39,538 nt of DNA. Source: a virus. The notes beneath the pieces are model-generated. The model searched no databases. It worked only from the letters and a program-made list of their open reading frames with translations, and was not told the DNA's origin. Position numbers and translations under genes: made by a program. How positions within the stretch are numbered: position 1 is the stretch's first letter; each line of letters opens with the position of its first letter. Where the stretch lies: the IMG/VR virus record IMGVR_UViG_3300042922_000233, positions 1 to 39,538 of that record. One strand, given 5' to 3'. This document shows, piece by piece, positions 23,320 to 33,620 of this stretch.

Positions 23320-24000
23320 TTACGCTCCGTATACCGTATAGGTGGGCTTTCCATCGGAAAGAGCTTCCCACTCTAAGGCATCAATAGCGGTGCTGTCACC
23401 AGCCATGGATGTAACATTGATAACACAATCAAATACAAGTTTATCCCCATTCGGGAAGGTAACTGTAAAGATCGAGTTACATGCTTGACCGTTTTTCCAA
23501 GCGAGACCAGCTACATAATCGTTGCCCGGATCTCCATAGTTTCTTTTTCCACCCATGGAGATTGATAATGATTTGGCGGTCATAAGTCGTCTAACCCATC
23601 CTCCCATATCCATAGGGTTCCATTCCTCAATGCTGCCATCAATAGCAATAGCCAATGACTCAGCATCCTTTACAACCGTACTGGTTGTTCCTGTCCTTCC
23701 GGCCATGTTTACACCGAAAGTAATTTCATTGACCGGGTTAACACCGCTTTTAATTGTAGCAGATGTTACCTCCTGCACTAAGTAAGCCTGACCATCAACT
23801 AAACCGGTAATACTTGTACCGGATAGTGCCGATAGATCCGCATAGGCTACACTTGCACCAGGTGAACCAAGCGTTCCACCTGCCTGCACAGGATATACAA
23901 AGCCGCCTGTAGTGACTTTGTATTTCTTGCCGGCTGTAAGTCCTGTGATACTCGTAGTACTCGCGGTACCCAGTGATCCACTAACTAATAATACTGCCAT
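23320..24000 (-). CDS. Major tail protein
   Basis: 226 aa, placed by position. The N-terminal region has an internal duplication (TSITGLTAGKKYKV / TSITGLVDGQAYLV). Confidence 0.65.
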   Translation of the reverse strand: MAVLLVSGSLGTASTTSITGLTAGKKYKVTTGGFVYPVQAGGTLGSPGASVAYADLSALSGTSITGLVDGQAYLVQEVTSATIKSGVNPVNEITFGVNMAGRTGTTSTVVKDAESLAIAIDGSIEEWNPMDMGGWVRRLMTAKSLSISMGGKRNYGDPGNDYVAGLAWKNGQACNSIFTVTFPNGDKLVFDCVINVTSMAGDSTAIDALEWEALSDGKPTYTVYGA

Positions 24001-24007
24001 TTTATAA

Positions 24008-24397
24008 TCATCCTCTCTTACATGTTATCGTTAAATCAATTACGTACTCGCAAATGTCGTTGTCATTAACACCTACAGATACGGGTTCATCATATCGCAT
24101 ATTAAAAAAGCACTCGACACCGTTTATCACGGCATGAGTACCTGCAAATATATCGTATATGCTTTTAGCTTTTATTTCAGCAGCATCACAATTCTTAGAC
24201 CATTGAATTAAGATGCTAATACCTTTGGTTGCCGTGGATGTGTTACTAAGTCCACCTATCGCAATGACATTTGATGAACTTTCCCTTCCATAGATGCAGA
24301 TAACCTTTTCCTTACTCGGCTCGGTTTTACCAATGTAGGCAGTATCGATATCTGTAATCTGTGGTTTTAACCAATCCCTTATTTGCTTAAGTGTCAT
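24008..24397 (-). CDS. Tail terminator / head-tail joining protein
   Basis: 129 aa; synteny only. Confidence 0.45.
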   Translation of the reverse strand: MTLKQIRDWLKPQITDIDTAYIGKTEPSKEKVICIYGRESSSNVIAIGGLSNTSTATKGISILIQWSKNCDAAEIKAKSIYDIFAGTHAVINGVECFFNMRYDEPVSVGVNDNDICEYVIDLTITCKRG

Positions 24398-24398
24398 A

Positions 24399-24770
24399 TC
24401 ACACCCCCGTCAACCTTTTATATATTTTCTTAAATGCATTTGGAGCGAAGCTCTTCCGACTTCCGTCAATCCATGGGTCATACCATCTGCCTCCTGCGTT
24501 TGGATTGTTGTCCTTGTTGAAATGGTATTCCGGGTGGAAATACAATTTTCTTGCATAGGGCAAATCAGAGGAAATTGTTACGTTTCCCTTGTTGGATCTG
24601 GAAGTATCAATCATGGTTGATTCATTCTGCAGCGTACCTTCGTCAAATGGCATGACGTTTTTTGCTATAACATCGGTCTTAACTGCTTCGGCTGTCTGTT
24701 CAAGTGCGGTAATCTGAGCCCTTTCTAGCTGTCGAATAACTCCCTTATGCATTTTTACTTTAACTCTCAT
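24399..24770 (-). CDS. HK97 gp10-like tail-completion / head-tail joining protein
   Basis: 123 aa. The N-terminal pattern (GVIRQLERAQITALEQTAEAVKTDV...PFDEGTLQNS) resembles the gp10 family. Confidence 0.5.
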   Translation of the reverse strand: MRVKVKMHKGVIRQLERAQITALEQTAEAVKTDVIAKNVMPFDEGTLQNESTMIDTSRSNKGNVTISSDLPYARKLYFHPEYHFNKDNNPNAGGRWYDPWIDGSRKSFAPNAFKKIYKRLTGV

Positions 24771-25117
24771 TACATCAACTCCAATATTGTAGCGTAGACG
24801 GTTCCATCAGGATTAAGTGGCCGTTCACATTTATAAATCTTGTGTGGCTTCTGAGTGCCTTTTCGTGCTATTCCGGTGCTTATTTCGGGTAAGGTAGGGA
24901 ATAAATCGCCTAATGCAACTAATACCCCATCTAATCTGATAATCTGCTTCTCGGCATTCATCACTTGATGGGATTTACCCGTGTACCAGCATTTTGCATT
25001 TACTGATCCTTCGTATATCATTTCTCCATCTTCGCTCAGATTTCCTTCGCCAATAGCAATAGTCCAATCCTGATTGAACAGCTTCTTAGGGAACCGAGGT
25101 AATTTATTAGGTATCAT
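24770..25117 (-). CDS. Head closure / head-tail adaptor protein
   Basis: 115 aa; synteny, with ATGA-type coupling to its neighbour. Confidence 0.45.
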   Translation of the reverse strand: MIPNKLPRFPKKLFNQDWTIAIGEGNLSEDGEMIYEGSVNAKCWYTGKSHQVMNAEKQIIRLDGVLVALGDLFPTLPEISTGIARKGTQKPHKIYKCERPLNPDGTVYATILELM

Positions 25118-25119
25118 AA

Positions 25120-25440
25120 TTACACCACCCTATTCATTAGACCAGTTTGCTTCAACAACATAAATGCCCCCGGACTCACTCCCGAAGGAACTGTGCTGTT
25201 ACCACCTAGGTTCATACTTAACCCGGAAACACTAAATCCGCTTAGTGCTCCCGGATCGGTTCCGTAATCATCGTAATACTGCGCTTGTAGCAATGTAGCC
25301 TTTTGAATTTTATCCTTCTGGAAGGTAGTTAAATTATTAAATCCGGCTGCAACAATCCTGTTATAGGTGAGTTCGTCAATCTTGCTACTAGCCAAATCCA
25401 ACAGCTCATCGTCTAAAGTATCACTAGTAGCGTACGACAT
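25120..25440 (-). CDS. Head-tail connector (gp6-like position)
   Basis: 106 aa; synteny. Confidence 0.45.
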   Translation of the reverse strand: MSYATSDTLDDELLDLASSKIDELTYNRIVAAGFNNLTTFQKDKIQKATLLQAQYYDDYGTDPGALSGFSVSGLSMNLGGNSTVPSGVSPGAFMLLKQTGLMNRVV

Positions 25441-25442
25441 GA

Positions 25443-25733
25443 CTACGCCTCCTTCTCTGCCTCTGTGATCTTTTTAATGATACCATTTACAGATGATGCT
25501 TGACCAATATCAATACTATGCTCTTCTGCATAACCTTTCAGTTGGTCAATGTCCCAACCATCAAACTTCTCTGGTTCCTTTGGTGGGTCATGATCAATTT
25601 CTTCTACCTCATAGCCATGAGTTTTAAACCAATCTAAAAGTATAGGGTTGTCTGATTCCCCTACCCCTTTAGTAAAGACCACGCTGGCAGATATACCGTT
25701 ATATTGTTTATTTGGTGCGTTTATTTTAGCCAT
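25443..25733 (-). CDS. Small capsid-associated protein with HeH/SAP-like motif
   Basis: 96 aa. LLDWFKTHGYEV and IDQLKGYAEEHSIDIG...IIKKI parallel the N-terminal half of the preceding gene product. Confidence 0.45.
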   Translation of the reverse strand: MAKINAPNKQYNGISASVVFTKGVGESDNPILLDWFKTHGYEVEEIDHDPPKEPEKFDGWDIDQLKGYAEEHSIDIGQASSVNGIIKKITEAEKEA

Positions 25734-25747
25734 TTACTTCATCCTTT

Positions 25748-26317
25748 CTATGCAGAAACTACAACCTCTATAGTCGCTGTAACCGCTGCTGTATTTGCAT
25801 ATGGTTTAGGGATTGTACCTAATGTTGCAGTAAAAGTATAAGACCCGGCAGCCGCTTTGTTAAATGTATCAGTATCAACCCATGCTGTGACCGGAATACT
25901 GGCAACCATCCCACCACTAAGCGTTGCGATAACCCTTGTTGGCAGAGCAGCTTTAACAGCCGTAGCATCTGCATATACAGGTGCGGCAACTGTACCGGCT
26001 GACTTGTTTGCAATTGCGTCAAAAGCTGTAATCTCATATTTAGCCACTGAGAATACATCGGCTTCGATAAGAGTAATCATTTCCTGCTTCGTACCAGTTG
26101 CAGTAACTCCACAGTATTTAGCAAATTCAATAACTTGTTCTTTGGTTAGGTAATCCCATGGAGCCAAGGTATCAGATCCTTGTATAATGGTATATCCCTT
26201 GGCTGTAAACCATGCAATTAGCCCGGTACTGGCTGTTGGGACAGCCGCAGCACCGTTATAGAAATCCACCCCATAATCGCAACTATGGAGTGGGTTAGGT
26301 GAATATATTCTAGGCAT
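25748..26317 (-). CDS. Capsid decoration-like protein (HeH/SAP-like motif + Ig-like C-terminal domain)
   Basis: 189 aa. LIAWFTAKGYTI and LTKEQVIEFAKYCGVTATGTKQEMITLI, then ITAFDAI...VTAWVDTDTFNKAAAGSYTFTATLG (Ig-like). Confidence 0.5.
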   Translation of the reverse strand: MPRIYSPNPLHSCDYGVDFYNGAAAVPTASTGLIAWFTAKGYTIIQGSDTLAPWDYLTKEQVIEFAKYCGVTATGTKQEMITLIEADVFSVAKYEITAFDAIANKSAGTVAAPVYADATAVKAALPTRVIATLSGGMVASIPVTAWVDTDTFNKAAAGSYTFTATLGTIPKPYANTAAVTATIEVVVSA

Positions 26318-26327
26318 ATTACCCTCC

Positions 26328-27293
26328 TTATTTTACTTTAATCTTACGGAATACACCTGCGGCCTTAGTTGCCTTAAGTGCAATAGCTCCTGTCATTTCG
26401 ACTTCGCCTTTCTTAACAGCACCAGATGTAGAAAAATCAGGTAACCAAGTCTTAACCGGAATCTGGCCAGCCATGGATACTGCATGAAGGCCATCAAGAC
26501 CAAGTCTTGCGACATATAATGATGTTAATCCAGTTCCTGCATCGGTTGCGACTACATCGTCATTACTTCCGGCTTTTGCACCAAGATCAACAAAAGGAAT
26601 GTTTCCATACGCCTCGACTTGGGTGCCGATATCACTCTTTGTAGTCATGTACATACCCGCTCGTCTTGCGCAAGCTCTTAACTTAGCAATCAATTTAGCA
26701 TTACCCCCAATAAAAGAGGGTGTACCATCAAGACCGCTCAAAAACTCATCCAACATATCCAGGAACTGTGCGTAATTTGCTGTAACTAATGCCGATGTAG
26801 AAAGGTCAATAGCAGAATCACTGCCTCCACCGTTGTACTCGGTTGAGCTGCCAACAAGCGCCTTTTCAAGACCATCAAATGCATTCGTATCAACAGCACT
26901 GTCACCGTTAATGAAGGTATCATTAAACAATGCATTCGCTGCCTTAATCTTCTGTCCCTGTTGGAGCTCAACCTCGGAAGCAATACCTCCCATATTAGCG
27001 ATAATACGGTCAATCTCATATGATCCACCAAATACTTTAAGGGTTGTATGGAATAGCTCCTTTTCGGTTGTCTGCGGTGTATATTCTGAGTTAATTGCTC
27101 TGAATGCTGCTGTAGGTTGTGTCTTCATTCTTGCGTAGGAATAAGTCATTGTTGCTCCGCCTCCTACAGGGGAAACAACATCATCAAAGGTAATATGATC
27201 CATAATCCAGTTTGATTTTCTGAATTCGTCGATTACTCCTGCCTGTAAATCATCTTGTACGTTTTTACTTGCTTCTGCTAATGTAATAGCCAT
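26328..27293 (-). CDS. Major capsid protein
   Basis: 321 aa, directly after the scaffold gene. Assigned by size and position. Confidence 0.75.
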   Translation of the reverse strand: MAITLAEASKNVQDDLQAGVIDEFRKSNWIMDHITFDDVVSPVGGGATMTYSYARMKTQPTAAFRAINSEYTPQTTEKELFHTTLKVFGGSYEIDRIIANMGGIASEVELQQGQKIKAANALFNDTFINGDSAVDTNAFDGLEKALVGSSTEYNGGGSDSAIDLSTSALVTANYAQFLDMLDEFLSGLDGTPSFIGGNAKLIAKLRACARRAGMYMTTKSDIGTQVEAYGNIPFVDLGAKAGSNDDVVATDAGTGLTSLYVARLGLDGLHAVSMAGQIPVKTWLPDFSTSGAVKKGEVEMTGAIALKATKAAGVFRKIKVK

Positions 27294-27310
27294 AATTTAA
27301 TCATCCTCTC

Positions 27311-27895
27311 TTATTTTGTTTGTGCCTGGATCTGAGCGGCAATAGCATCTTTCATGCTAGGTCTTTGCCCGGATTGTTGTTGCTGCTGTTGCTGACCATC
27401 AGCCCCTACTCTAAATCCAGATTGTTGTTGCTGCTGTTCATCCTTAAACAAGAACTTCTTACTCTCCTGTAGGTTCTTTAATTGATCGTCGAGGCCTGTG
27501 ACCTTACCATCATCACCTAAGATAAGCTTTGTCTTATCAAATAAGCCTGCAGCCATATCCTCATCGTGCACCTTGCCTGTAATTGCAAGCTTGATAGCAT
27601 TGGTGAGTTTGAGCTCCTTTAGGTCTAATTGATACTTATCATCTTTGGACTTATTATCCTTTTGAAGATCGTCAATCTGTTTCTTGAGAGCCTCGGAATC
27701 CCCTGTAGATTTCTTTAAAGTCTCTAAGGCAGCTTCATTATCCTTAACGGTACCTTTAAGGGTTTTAACTTCCTCTGAAACCTCATCAAACCTATGTTTT
27801 GGGATATAAGTCTTAAGTTCTGTAGCCGATTGCTCAGCTGCTTTTGTTGCTAAATCATCTGTGATGCCTAATGCTATAAATTGTTCCTTTGTCAT
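27311..27895 (-). CDS. Scaffolding protein (GP20-like)
   Basis: AAGGAG precedes the ATG at 27895. The protein is coiled-coil and charged, with poly-Q tracts near the C-terminus. Confidence 0.7.
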   Translation of the reverse strand: MTKEQFIALGITDDLATKAAEQSATELKTYIPKHRFDEVSEEVKTLKGTVKDNEAALETLKKSTGDSEALKKQIDDLQKDNKSKDDKYQLDLKELKLTNAIKLAITGKVHDEDMAAGLFDKTKLILGDDGKVTGLDDQLKNLQESKKFLFKDEQQQQQSGFRVGADGQQQQQQQSGQRPSMKDAIAAQIQAQTK

Positions 27896-28031
27896 ATAAC
27901 TCTCCTTCACTTGTTATCGCAGTCGTGTCTGCGTGGATTATTTATAGGTTAGTTTATAGTCATTTCGGACATAAAAATAAGACGTATTAACCCAACGCCT
28001 TTACCAGGGAGATAAGTGGATCACCGCCTCT

Positions 28032-28217
28032 CTATTGCTCTAATAGCAATACTGCCTTCGCCAGAGATATTACAACATCTTTTAAGCCTTCGGGTTTTGA
28101 ATAACTCTTCTGTGCGTTACGATAACCTCTTTCCGTTGCTTCTGCAATCCTGCTTTCGAATTCTTGTTTTGTCATTGAAACCCTTTCGGGCCCTTCCATT
28201 GGTTGCCATTGCTCCAT
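28032..28217 (-). CDS. Hypothetical protein (61 aa)
   Basis: Start abuts the upstream gene's stop codon (no intergenic gap). Confidence 0.45.
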   Translation of the reverse strand: MEQWQPMEGPERVSMTKQEFESRIAEATERGYRNAQKSYSKPEGLKDVVISLAKAVLLLEQ

Positions 28218-29249
28218 TTATTTCGCCTCCCATTCTTTAATTTTATTTGAATATTTCTTTATATTCTCAGGATCAAGACTACCTTCTTTTAATCTGGTAT
28301 ATCTTTGAATGTTGCGGTTTATCTCTGCATCTCTTTGGGCTGCCTCGTAGCGTTCTCCTGTTTCATCTGCTCGGATAGGCTCCGGTTCTTCTGTGATATC
28401 TGGGAAATATGTACTCATGGTATGTCGACAGTTGGGATGAAATAGCTTGCCTGCGATTGCTTGGCTGAGAAGCGGATAATTACCATCACCTATACTTCCA
28501 CCGCTGTATACATCATCTATATATACTCTGCCTTGCCATGGGAGGCACAATGGGGAACACTGCATATATTGAGATACCAACACAAGGCTTAATCCCCATT
28601 CTTTACGCCGTTCGCCCTCACCCATCAGGAAAACTCTTTTATTGGCTGTTCTAATTGCCATACGGGTATACGATGCGATATTAACCTTCGCGCCATTCGC
28701 ATAGGTAATGCAATTGATGCCAGCCCTTAAGAAGTCCTTGTTAGCCATATCAACAGCTTTATCAACTGTTGTTGATCCTCCGGATAAGAATACCTCGGTT
28801 TTGAATATTGTCTTTCTGTATTCATCATCCATCTGCCTTAATGCGGCTATCATAGCTTGCTTCATGTCGTTATTTATTACTCTAATCAATTTATCAAGCT
28901 TTTTGTTATTACCTTGGAAGAAGTCGTTAGAAGGCGTTGCTCTTACTAAGCTTAGACCCTTATTGATAACCTTGGATACTTCCTTATCAACCTTTCTTCC
29001 ACCTTCGAGATACTGTTTTCTTAAGTCATTCTTTGTGGCTTTATTAAGCTTCTGGGAATAACTTTCCATGATGGCTTTATTTTGACTTCGGTACTTGCGT
29101 AGCTCTCTAATTTTCTTCGCCTGCCATTGCTCCCACTTGAATCCTTCGTCTTTCTCCCAATCCATATGCCTACCTAGGTTGCGTCTCATGGATTGTATAA
29201 GCTCTATCTCCATCTCTTGCATGATCTTGCCAACATCATAATCATTCAC
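28218..29249 (-). CDS. Head morphogenesis protein (SPP1 gp7 / Mu F-like minor capsid protein)
   Basis: 343 aa. LFHPNCRHTMSTYF is the family hallmark. The gene follows the portal. Confidence 0.75.
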   Translation of the reverse strand: MNDYDVGKIMQEMEIELIQSMRRNLGRHMDWEKDEGFKWEQWQAKKIRELRKYRSQNKAIMESYSQKLNKATKNDLRKQYLEGGRKVDKEVSKVINKGLSLVRATPSNDFFQGNNKKLDKLIRVINNDMKQAMIAALRQMDDEYRKTIFKTEVFLSGGSTTVDKAVDMANKDFLRAGINCITYANGAKVNIASYTRMAIRTANKRVFLMGEGERRKEWGLSLVLVSQYMQCSPLCLPWQGRVYIDDVYSGGSIGDGNYPLLSQAIAGKLFHPNCRHTMSTYFPDITEEPEPIRADETGERYEAAQRDAEINRNIQRYTRLKEGSLDPENIKKYSNKIKEWEAK

Positions 29250-29391
29250 TTAGTCACCGCCCTATATAAGCCATATTTCATTTTCATATAAGATGCTGTC
29301 TCTAATATACATAATTTGCAAAGATAATGCCGTATTATCCATCCACTCATCTATTAGAGTAATTGCCATTTTACATAATGTCTGTGTTATC

Positions 29392-30909
29392 TCAAACAGT
29401 AGTGTCGCTATCTTCATCTCCGTCATCATCCTCTTCCTCAACATCAATTAAAGGTTCTTCTATGGCAGCACTGTTCTCAGCTTTAATCCTTGCAACTTCC
29501 TCGGCTTTTTCCTCATCGGTCATAGTGTCACCATAAAGCTCATCAACACACTTTTCAGTACTCATGATACCGAATGACTTAGCCTTGCCCACCACATCAA
29601 CCGTAGTGTCGAACCCAGGAGAGGCATATTCGCCAAACTTAACAGATGCTTCATATTCAGCAGGCGCTTTGTTCTGCATAGTATCATATGTCTTCATTGT
29701 GGTCGATACTAATTGCGGTATAGCCTTATTCAAGGCATTAACAATCTGTCCTCTGGTGTATAATGTAACCTTTTCCTTTTCCCTCTGCGCCTCACCGTTA
29801 TCCGTTTTCTTGAGATCAATTCCCAGGGTGGCAGGTGAAATAATTCCTTGCAGCACTAAATCAAGGAAACTCGCATATGATCCGGCGTATGCTTCGTATG
29901 AAATCTGAGGCTGCGAAACATCTATCTTTCCACTTTCACCTTCCGCCCTACTTGAGCTCATTTTTATAAATTGATTATCAAAGGGGTTGGCTTCCAGTAT
30001 TACCCCTGTGTCGGGATCTCTTGGGATTAAGTCTTCCGGTATGTACCTTTTAACTCTTCCTGATCTAACAGCATCGAGCCATTGACTAATAACCTCATCC
30101 ATTGCATCTATATCATCCGTCTTGGAATCAAATAGCGCCTTGCCTCTGCCTTTCCACTTAGACGAAGCGAATATCTTAAGAGGCACACCCATGATAAAAT
30201 CGCCTAAGAAGGTAACGTCTTTAAGTGTGCTTGTTTCTTCGACCATTGATAGCAGCACTTCATTGCCTGCATCATCAAATAATTTATATTTGACATAGCC
30301 TTTACCATAGGATTCTTGAAGTCTATATTCTTTTTCACCTTTTGTATAAGTGGTATAAAACAATATTTCTATAAGCCTACCGCGTTTATATACGAAATCA
30401 ACAGAATCTGCCTCGTAGAACTCTATTATAGGGTACTCACTTACTTCATCAACACTGATCTTGAAAGCTCCGTCAGAGGATGATAATGCACCTTGAATGG
30501 CTTGCCCTAGTATTTCTTCAAAGTCGTTATCCTCGGCTATTTCATCCCACAAATCTTTAATTGGTGTTTCCTTATCCTCTGGATCGCCTTTCTTTTTTTC
30601 ACCGAAATCGATACCGTCCATATCCGCTACAACAATATCCTTAAGTCGGTCTATTACAATCTGCACAATACCAGAGTGTATCTTCCTCACCCTGTTATAT
30701 GGAACCGAAGCCCAGAATCTCGCTTTAGCCACATCATTAACCGCTATAGCCTTAAACAATTGCTCTATCTCAACAGGATCTCCGCGATAAAGTAATTGAT
30801 TCTTTAAGACGTTAGCCTGGAATGATAATGGCTCTTTGATTACGATTGTACGGTCTGTTGCCGGTGTAATCTTAAGCAATTTAATAATAGCATTCTTAAA
30901 CCATCCCAT
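29392..30909 (-). CDS. Portal protein
   Basis: 505 aa with an acidic C-terminus, between the terminase and the gp7-like gene. Confidence 0.8.
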   Translation of the reverse strand: MGWFKNAIIKLLKITPATDRTIVIKEPLSFQANVLKNQLLYRGDPVEIEQLFKAIAVNDVAKARFWASVPYNRVRKIHSGIVQIVIDRLKDIVVADMDGIDFGEKKKGDPEDKETPIKDLWDEIAEDNDFEEILGQAIQGALSSSDGAFKISVDEVSEYPIIEFYEADSVDFVYKRGRLIEILFYTTYTKGEKEYRLQESYGKGYVKYKLFDDAGNEVLLSMVEETSTLKDVTFLGDFIMGVPLKIFASSKWKGRGKALFDSKTDDIDAMDEVISQWLDAVRSGRVKRYIPEDLIPRDPDTGVILEANPFDNQFIKMSSSRAEGESGKIDVSQPQISYEAYAGSYASFLDLVLQGIISPATLGIDLKKTDNGEAQREKEKVTLYTRGQIVNALNKAIPQLVSTTMKTYDTMQNKAPAEYEASVKFGEYASPGFDTTVDVVGKAKSFGIMSTEKCVDELYGDTMTDEEKAEEVARIKAENSAAIEEPLIDVEEEDDDGDEDSDTTV

Positions 30910-30965
30910 TAGCTTTTAGCCTCCTCTATAATCTTTCGTATCTCATCTTCTGTATACACTTTCCA

Positions 30966-31199
30966 TCATTTGAATGGAGTAGTGCTCAAGCAGATAGGAG
31001 GATGTGTGTTCCCATAAATAGAAAAATGTATAACTCCTGTCTTGATTACCTCTTGCAACTCATCATCTGATAATTGCCAACAACTCTGCACAGCAGGAAT
31101 ACCATCGTCTGTATGGTATCTAGTTACTGGTAAATCCATAACATCAGGTGAAGTTCCTTTGAGTATGCAGTTTGTTGTTTCTGTCTTTACTGGTATCAT
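30966..31199 (-). CDS. Hypothetical protein (77 aa)
   Basis: ATGA overlap with the terL stop. Confidence 0.5.
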   Translation of the reverse strand: MIPVKTETTNCILKGTSPDVMDLPVTRYHTDDGIPAVQSCWQLSDDELQEVIKTGVIHFSIYGNTHPPICLSTTPFK

Positions 31200-32605
31200 T
31201 TATTAATCACTCCTATCTTTGTTTTAAATGGTATCCAGCCATATTGCGCTGCATTAATTGTATGATCGTTCTTGTCCTCAGGCTCGTATTTATCATCCTT
31301 CCAACTATAAACCTCATGCTCTTGTATATGATGTTTACAATGGTCAAGGACGTAATAAAAGACCGCATCATTACAGTTAATCCATCCAAGCTGTAAATGT
31401 ATACGGTCTATAATAACTATCTTTTTATAAGCGTTTAGGAAATTATATAGGCATGGATGAGTACGCTTATATTTCAAGCATTCTGTAATTGTTGCCTGGT
31501 CTGCATTATCTATAAACACATCTCTAGCAAAGCCCCATTCCTTTCGATTGCGCTCAAGAAATGAAATGAGCCTTGGTACTATGTCCGATGGCGCAAGCGG
31601 TATTTGTAAATCACGATTGTTATATACTTCTTCATCCAATACAATGCACTTACCACACTTTGTAATGCCCTCGAAAATAAAAGCGAACGTATCCGGGCTA
31701 TCCTGTGAGTACGATGTATCAACACCCACAGTAAAGCATTCAAACTTAAGAGGATTCTTTTCATCTTTCATCCACTTAAGTAACTTTGTTTTAGAAATAA
31801 CATTTTTCTCTTGGTTGAAGTTAGGGAAGATTAATCCAGTAGCTCTCCCTCGTAATCCCTGTACTTTATTTTTATAAATCTTGGTACCCTTCGGATAGCT
31901 TAACTTCTTTTCTTCGATATCTTCCTTGGTCATGCTTATGTTATCTTCAAACGAAAAAAACCAGTACTTCCAATTGGGTACCGGTTCACATTTATTAAGA
32001 GATCCCATGATTTCTGTTGGAACATCTTTTTTATATTTATCTATTGGTCTAGCTTTATTAACATACTCGTCATATACCGGCAGACTTGGGTCATCTGGGT
32101 TAAGGGTTCCTACAAAGTATTTGCTTCGACCAAATATTTCTCGGATAAAATCCATATCAGCGGTATTACATTCATCTACCCACACGCATCCAAATTGTGA
32201 GCCTAATGCATTTTCCCATTTATCCTTGTTGTCATATCCTAAAATATATATTATCTTGTTCCCAAGCTTAAGATGAGGTAATTTATTATTTTTATCGCCG
32301 TTACCGTAATATTGTAAGTTGGGGAATATCTGCTTTAATCCAAAATCACTATTAATAATATTTTTCTCTGCCACACCTGTTGTCTTTGATGCAATAACAT
32401 GTAATGTCAACGGGGATTCTTCGACATTCATTATAAATTTGATTCCCACGGTAGTGGTTTTCCCTGCAGCAGTAGTTCCTTCCAAGAATTCTGCTCTTGC
32501 CGGTTCGTCTATGTAATCCCAGTACTTATCGCTAAGTAACATTATTATCAACTCGCTTCCTGCGTTGCTCAAGCAGTTCTGATAGTTCGCTCTGGGTTGT
32601 TTCAA
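31196..32605 (-). CDS. terL: Terminase large subunit
   Basis: Walker A is GTTAAGKTT, with VWVDECN as Walker B. The nuclease half contains VGVDTSY. The start is TTG 32605 or, more compactly, ATG 32542. Confidence 0.85.
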   Translation of the reverse strand: MKQPRANYQNCLSNAGSELIIMLLSDKYWDYIDEPARAEFLEGTTAAGKTTTVGIKFIMNVEESPLTLHVIASKTTGVAEKNIINSDFGLKQIFPNLQYYGNGDKNNKLPHLKLGNKIIYILGYDNKDKWENALGSQFGCVWVDECNTADMDFIREIFGRSKYFVGTLNPDDPSLPVYDEYVNKARPIDKYKKDVPTEIMGSLNKCEPVPNWKYWFFSFEDNISMTKEDIEEKKLSYPKGTKIYKNKVQGLRGRATGLIFPNFNQEKNVISKTKLLKWMKDEKNPLKFECFTVGVDTSYSQDSPDTFAFIFEGITKCGKCIVLDEEVYNNRDLQIPLAPSDIVPRLISFLERNRKEWGFARDVFIDNADQATITECLKYKRTHPCLYNFLNAYKKIVIIDRIHLQLGWINCNDAVFYYVLDHCKHHIQEHEVYSWKDDKYEPEDKNDHTINAAQYGWIPFKTKIGVINK

Positions 32606-32942
32606 TTTGCCCTGATAATTTTATATCCTGTTTCTCATTATACAGTCCAGCCATTTCTAAAAGAACCTTTCCGTGTTGGAAGCTGCCGCGCTGCGCTTCA
32701 CGAATGAAGGTATTCAGAATTGATGCAGCATTTTGCTTGACCAGATCAACGGATTGCTTATTATATATTTCCACAAACTCTGGCTTTGCGAAAGCTTCAT
32801 AGTATACCGGACGTGTGCATTTTGCGAGTTTACAAATATCAGTTATTGATTTCATCCTATTTTCTGGATTTATCAATACTTCCAACAGGTTTTTTTCCTT
32901 TTCCGTTGGCTCGTATTGTGTAAAGTTTTGTAAACCTTCCAT
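32532..32942 (-). CDS. terS: Terminase small subunit (HTH type)
   Basis: 136 aa. SITDICKLAKCTRPVYYEAF is an HTH. The gene overlaps terL. Confidence 0.6.
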   Translation of the reverse strand: MEGLQNFTQYEPTEKEKNLLEVLINPENRMKSITDICKLAKCTRPVYYEAFAKPEFVEIYNKQSVDLVKQNAASILNTFIREAQRGSFQHGKVLLEMAGLYNEKQDIKLSGQIETTQSELSELLEQRRKRVDNNVT

Positions 32943-32947
32943 ATTGT

Positions 32948-33508
32948 TTATTCACCTCCAAACAAATCCTGCAACTCCTTTCCGTAAGAATCCCAGTCGA
33001 GTCCGTACTTACTCAGTATGTTGCTGAAATCCTCTATGTCATGCGGTATGATTGTCAGGCCTCTTTCACCCATGCCTATATGCTTCAACTCATGCAGCAT
33101 AAGAATTTTTAATTGATTCTCATTCAGCATTCTGGTATTACATTCATAAAACGTTATTATAAAATCAAAAGGCAAGTAAGCCCTATAGACTTCCTGCGCC
33201 TTCCTGCAATCTGCATATACGATTTTCTTTCCTGATTTTCTTTCCTGGCTAATTACATATCCTATTTTGATATTCCATTCATTTATAAATCCAAACTCTG
33301 CGAAACGGTTAATTATCTTGGTACCCAATCGTTTTAGCTGTATGCTCGGTTCAGCATCCCTGATTCCAATTAATTTTTTGAGATTGCGAATAAGTATTGT
33401 CTTATCCTTTGTATCCTGTTCATCGCATATCTTATACAGCTCTACGAACGCTGGGCAAGATAATTCGCAACCTTTTACATATGGACATTTATTGCATAAC
33501 TCATTCAC
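32948..33508 (-). CDS. Putative phage metallopeptidase-like protein (HExxH) with N-terminal Cys cluster
   Basis: 186 aa with a GTG start after AAAGGGG. It contains CNKCPYVKGCELSCP and LHELKHI. Confidence 0.55.
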   Translation of the reverse strand: MNELCNKCPYVKGCELSCPAFVELYKICDEQDTKDKTILIRNLKKLIGIRDAEPSIQLKRLGTKIINRFAEFGFINEWNIKIGYVISQERKSGKKIVYADCRKAQEVYRAYLPFDFIITFYECNTRMLNENQLKILMLHELKHIGMGERGLTIIPHDIEDFSNILSKYGLDWDSYGKELQDLFGGE

Positions 33509-33620
33509 TATATCACCCCTTTATCATCCCCGGTTCCCACCAACCCTATGTCATTGGACGATACATTACCCGGCTTACGCCACACCATTGTATATAACTT
33601 GTTCATCGCAGACATAATAA

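Noticed and set aside
29262-29447. 61-aa ORF between the portal and head-morphogenesis genes
   Set aside because: It overlaps the portal 3' end by 56 nt, and neither its first Met nor the internal Met at 29369 has a recognisable SD. A small gene in the 143-nt gap cannot be excluded.
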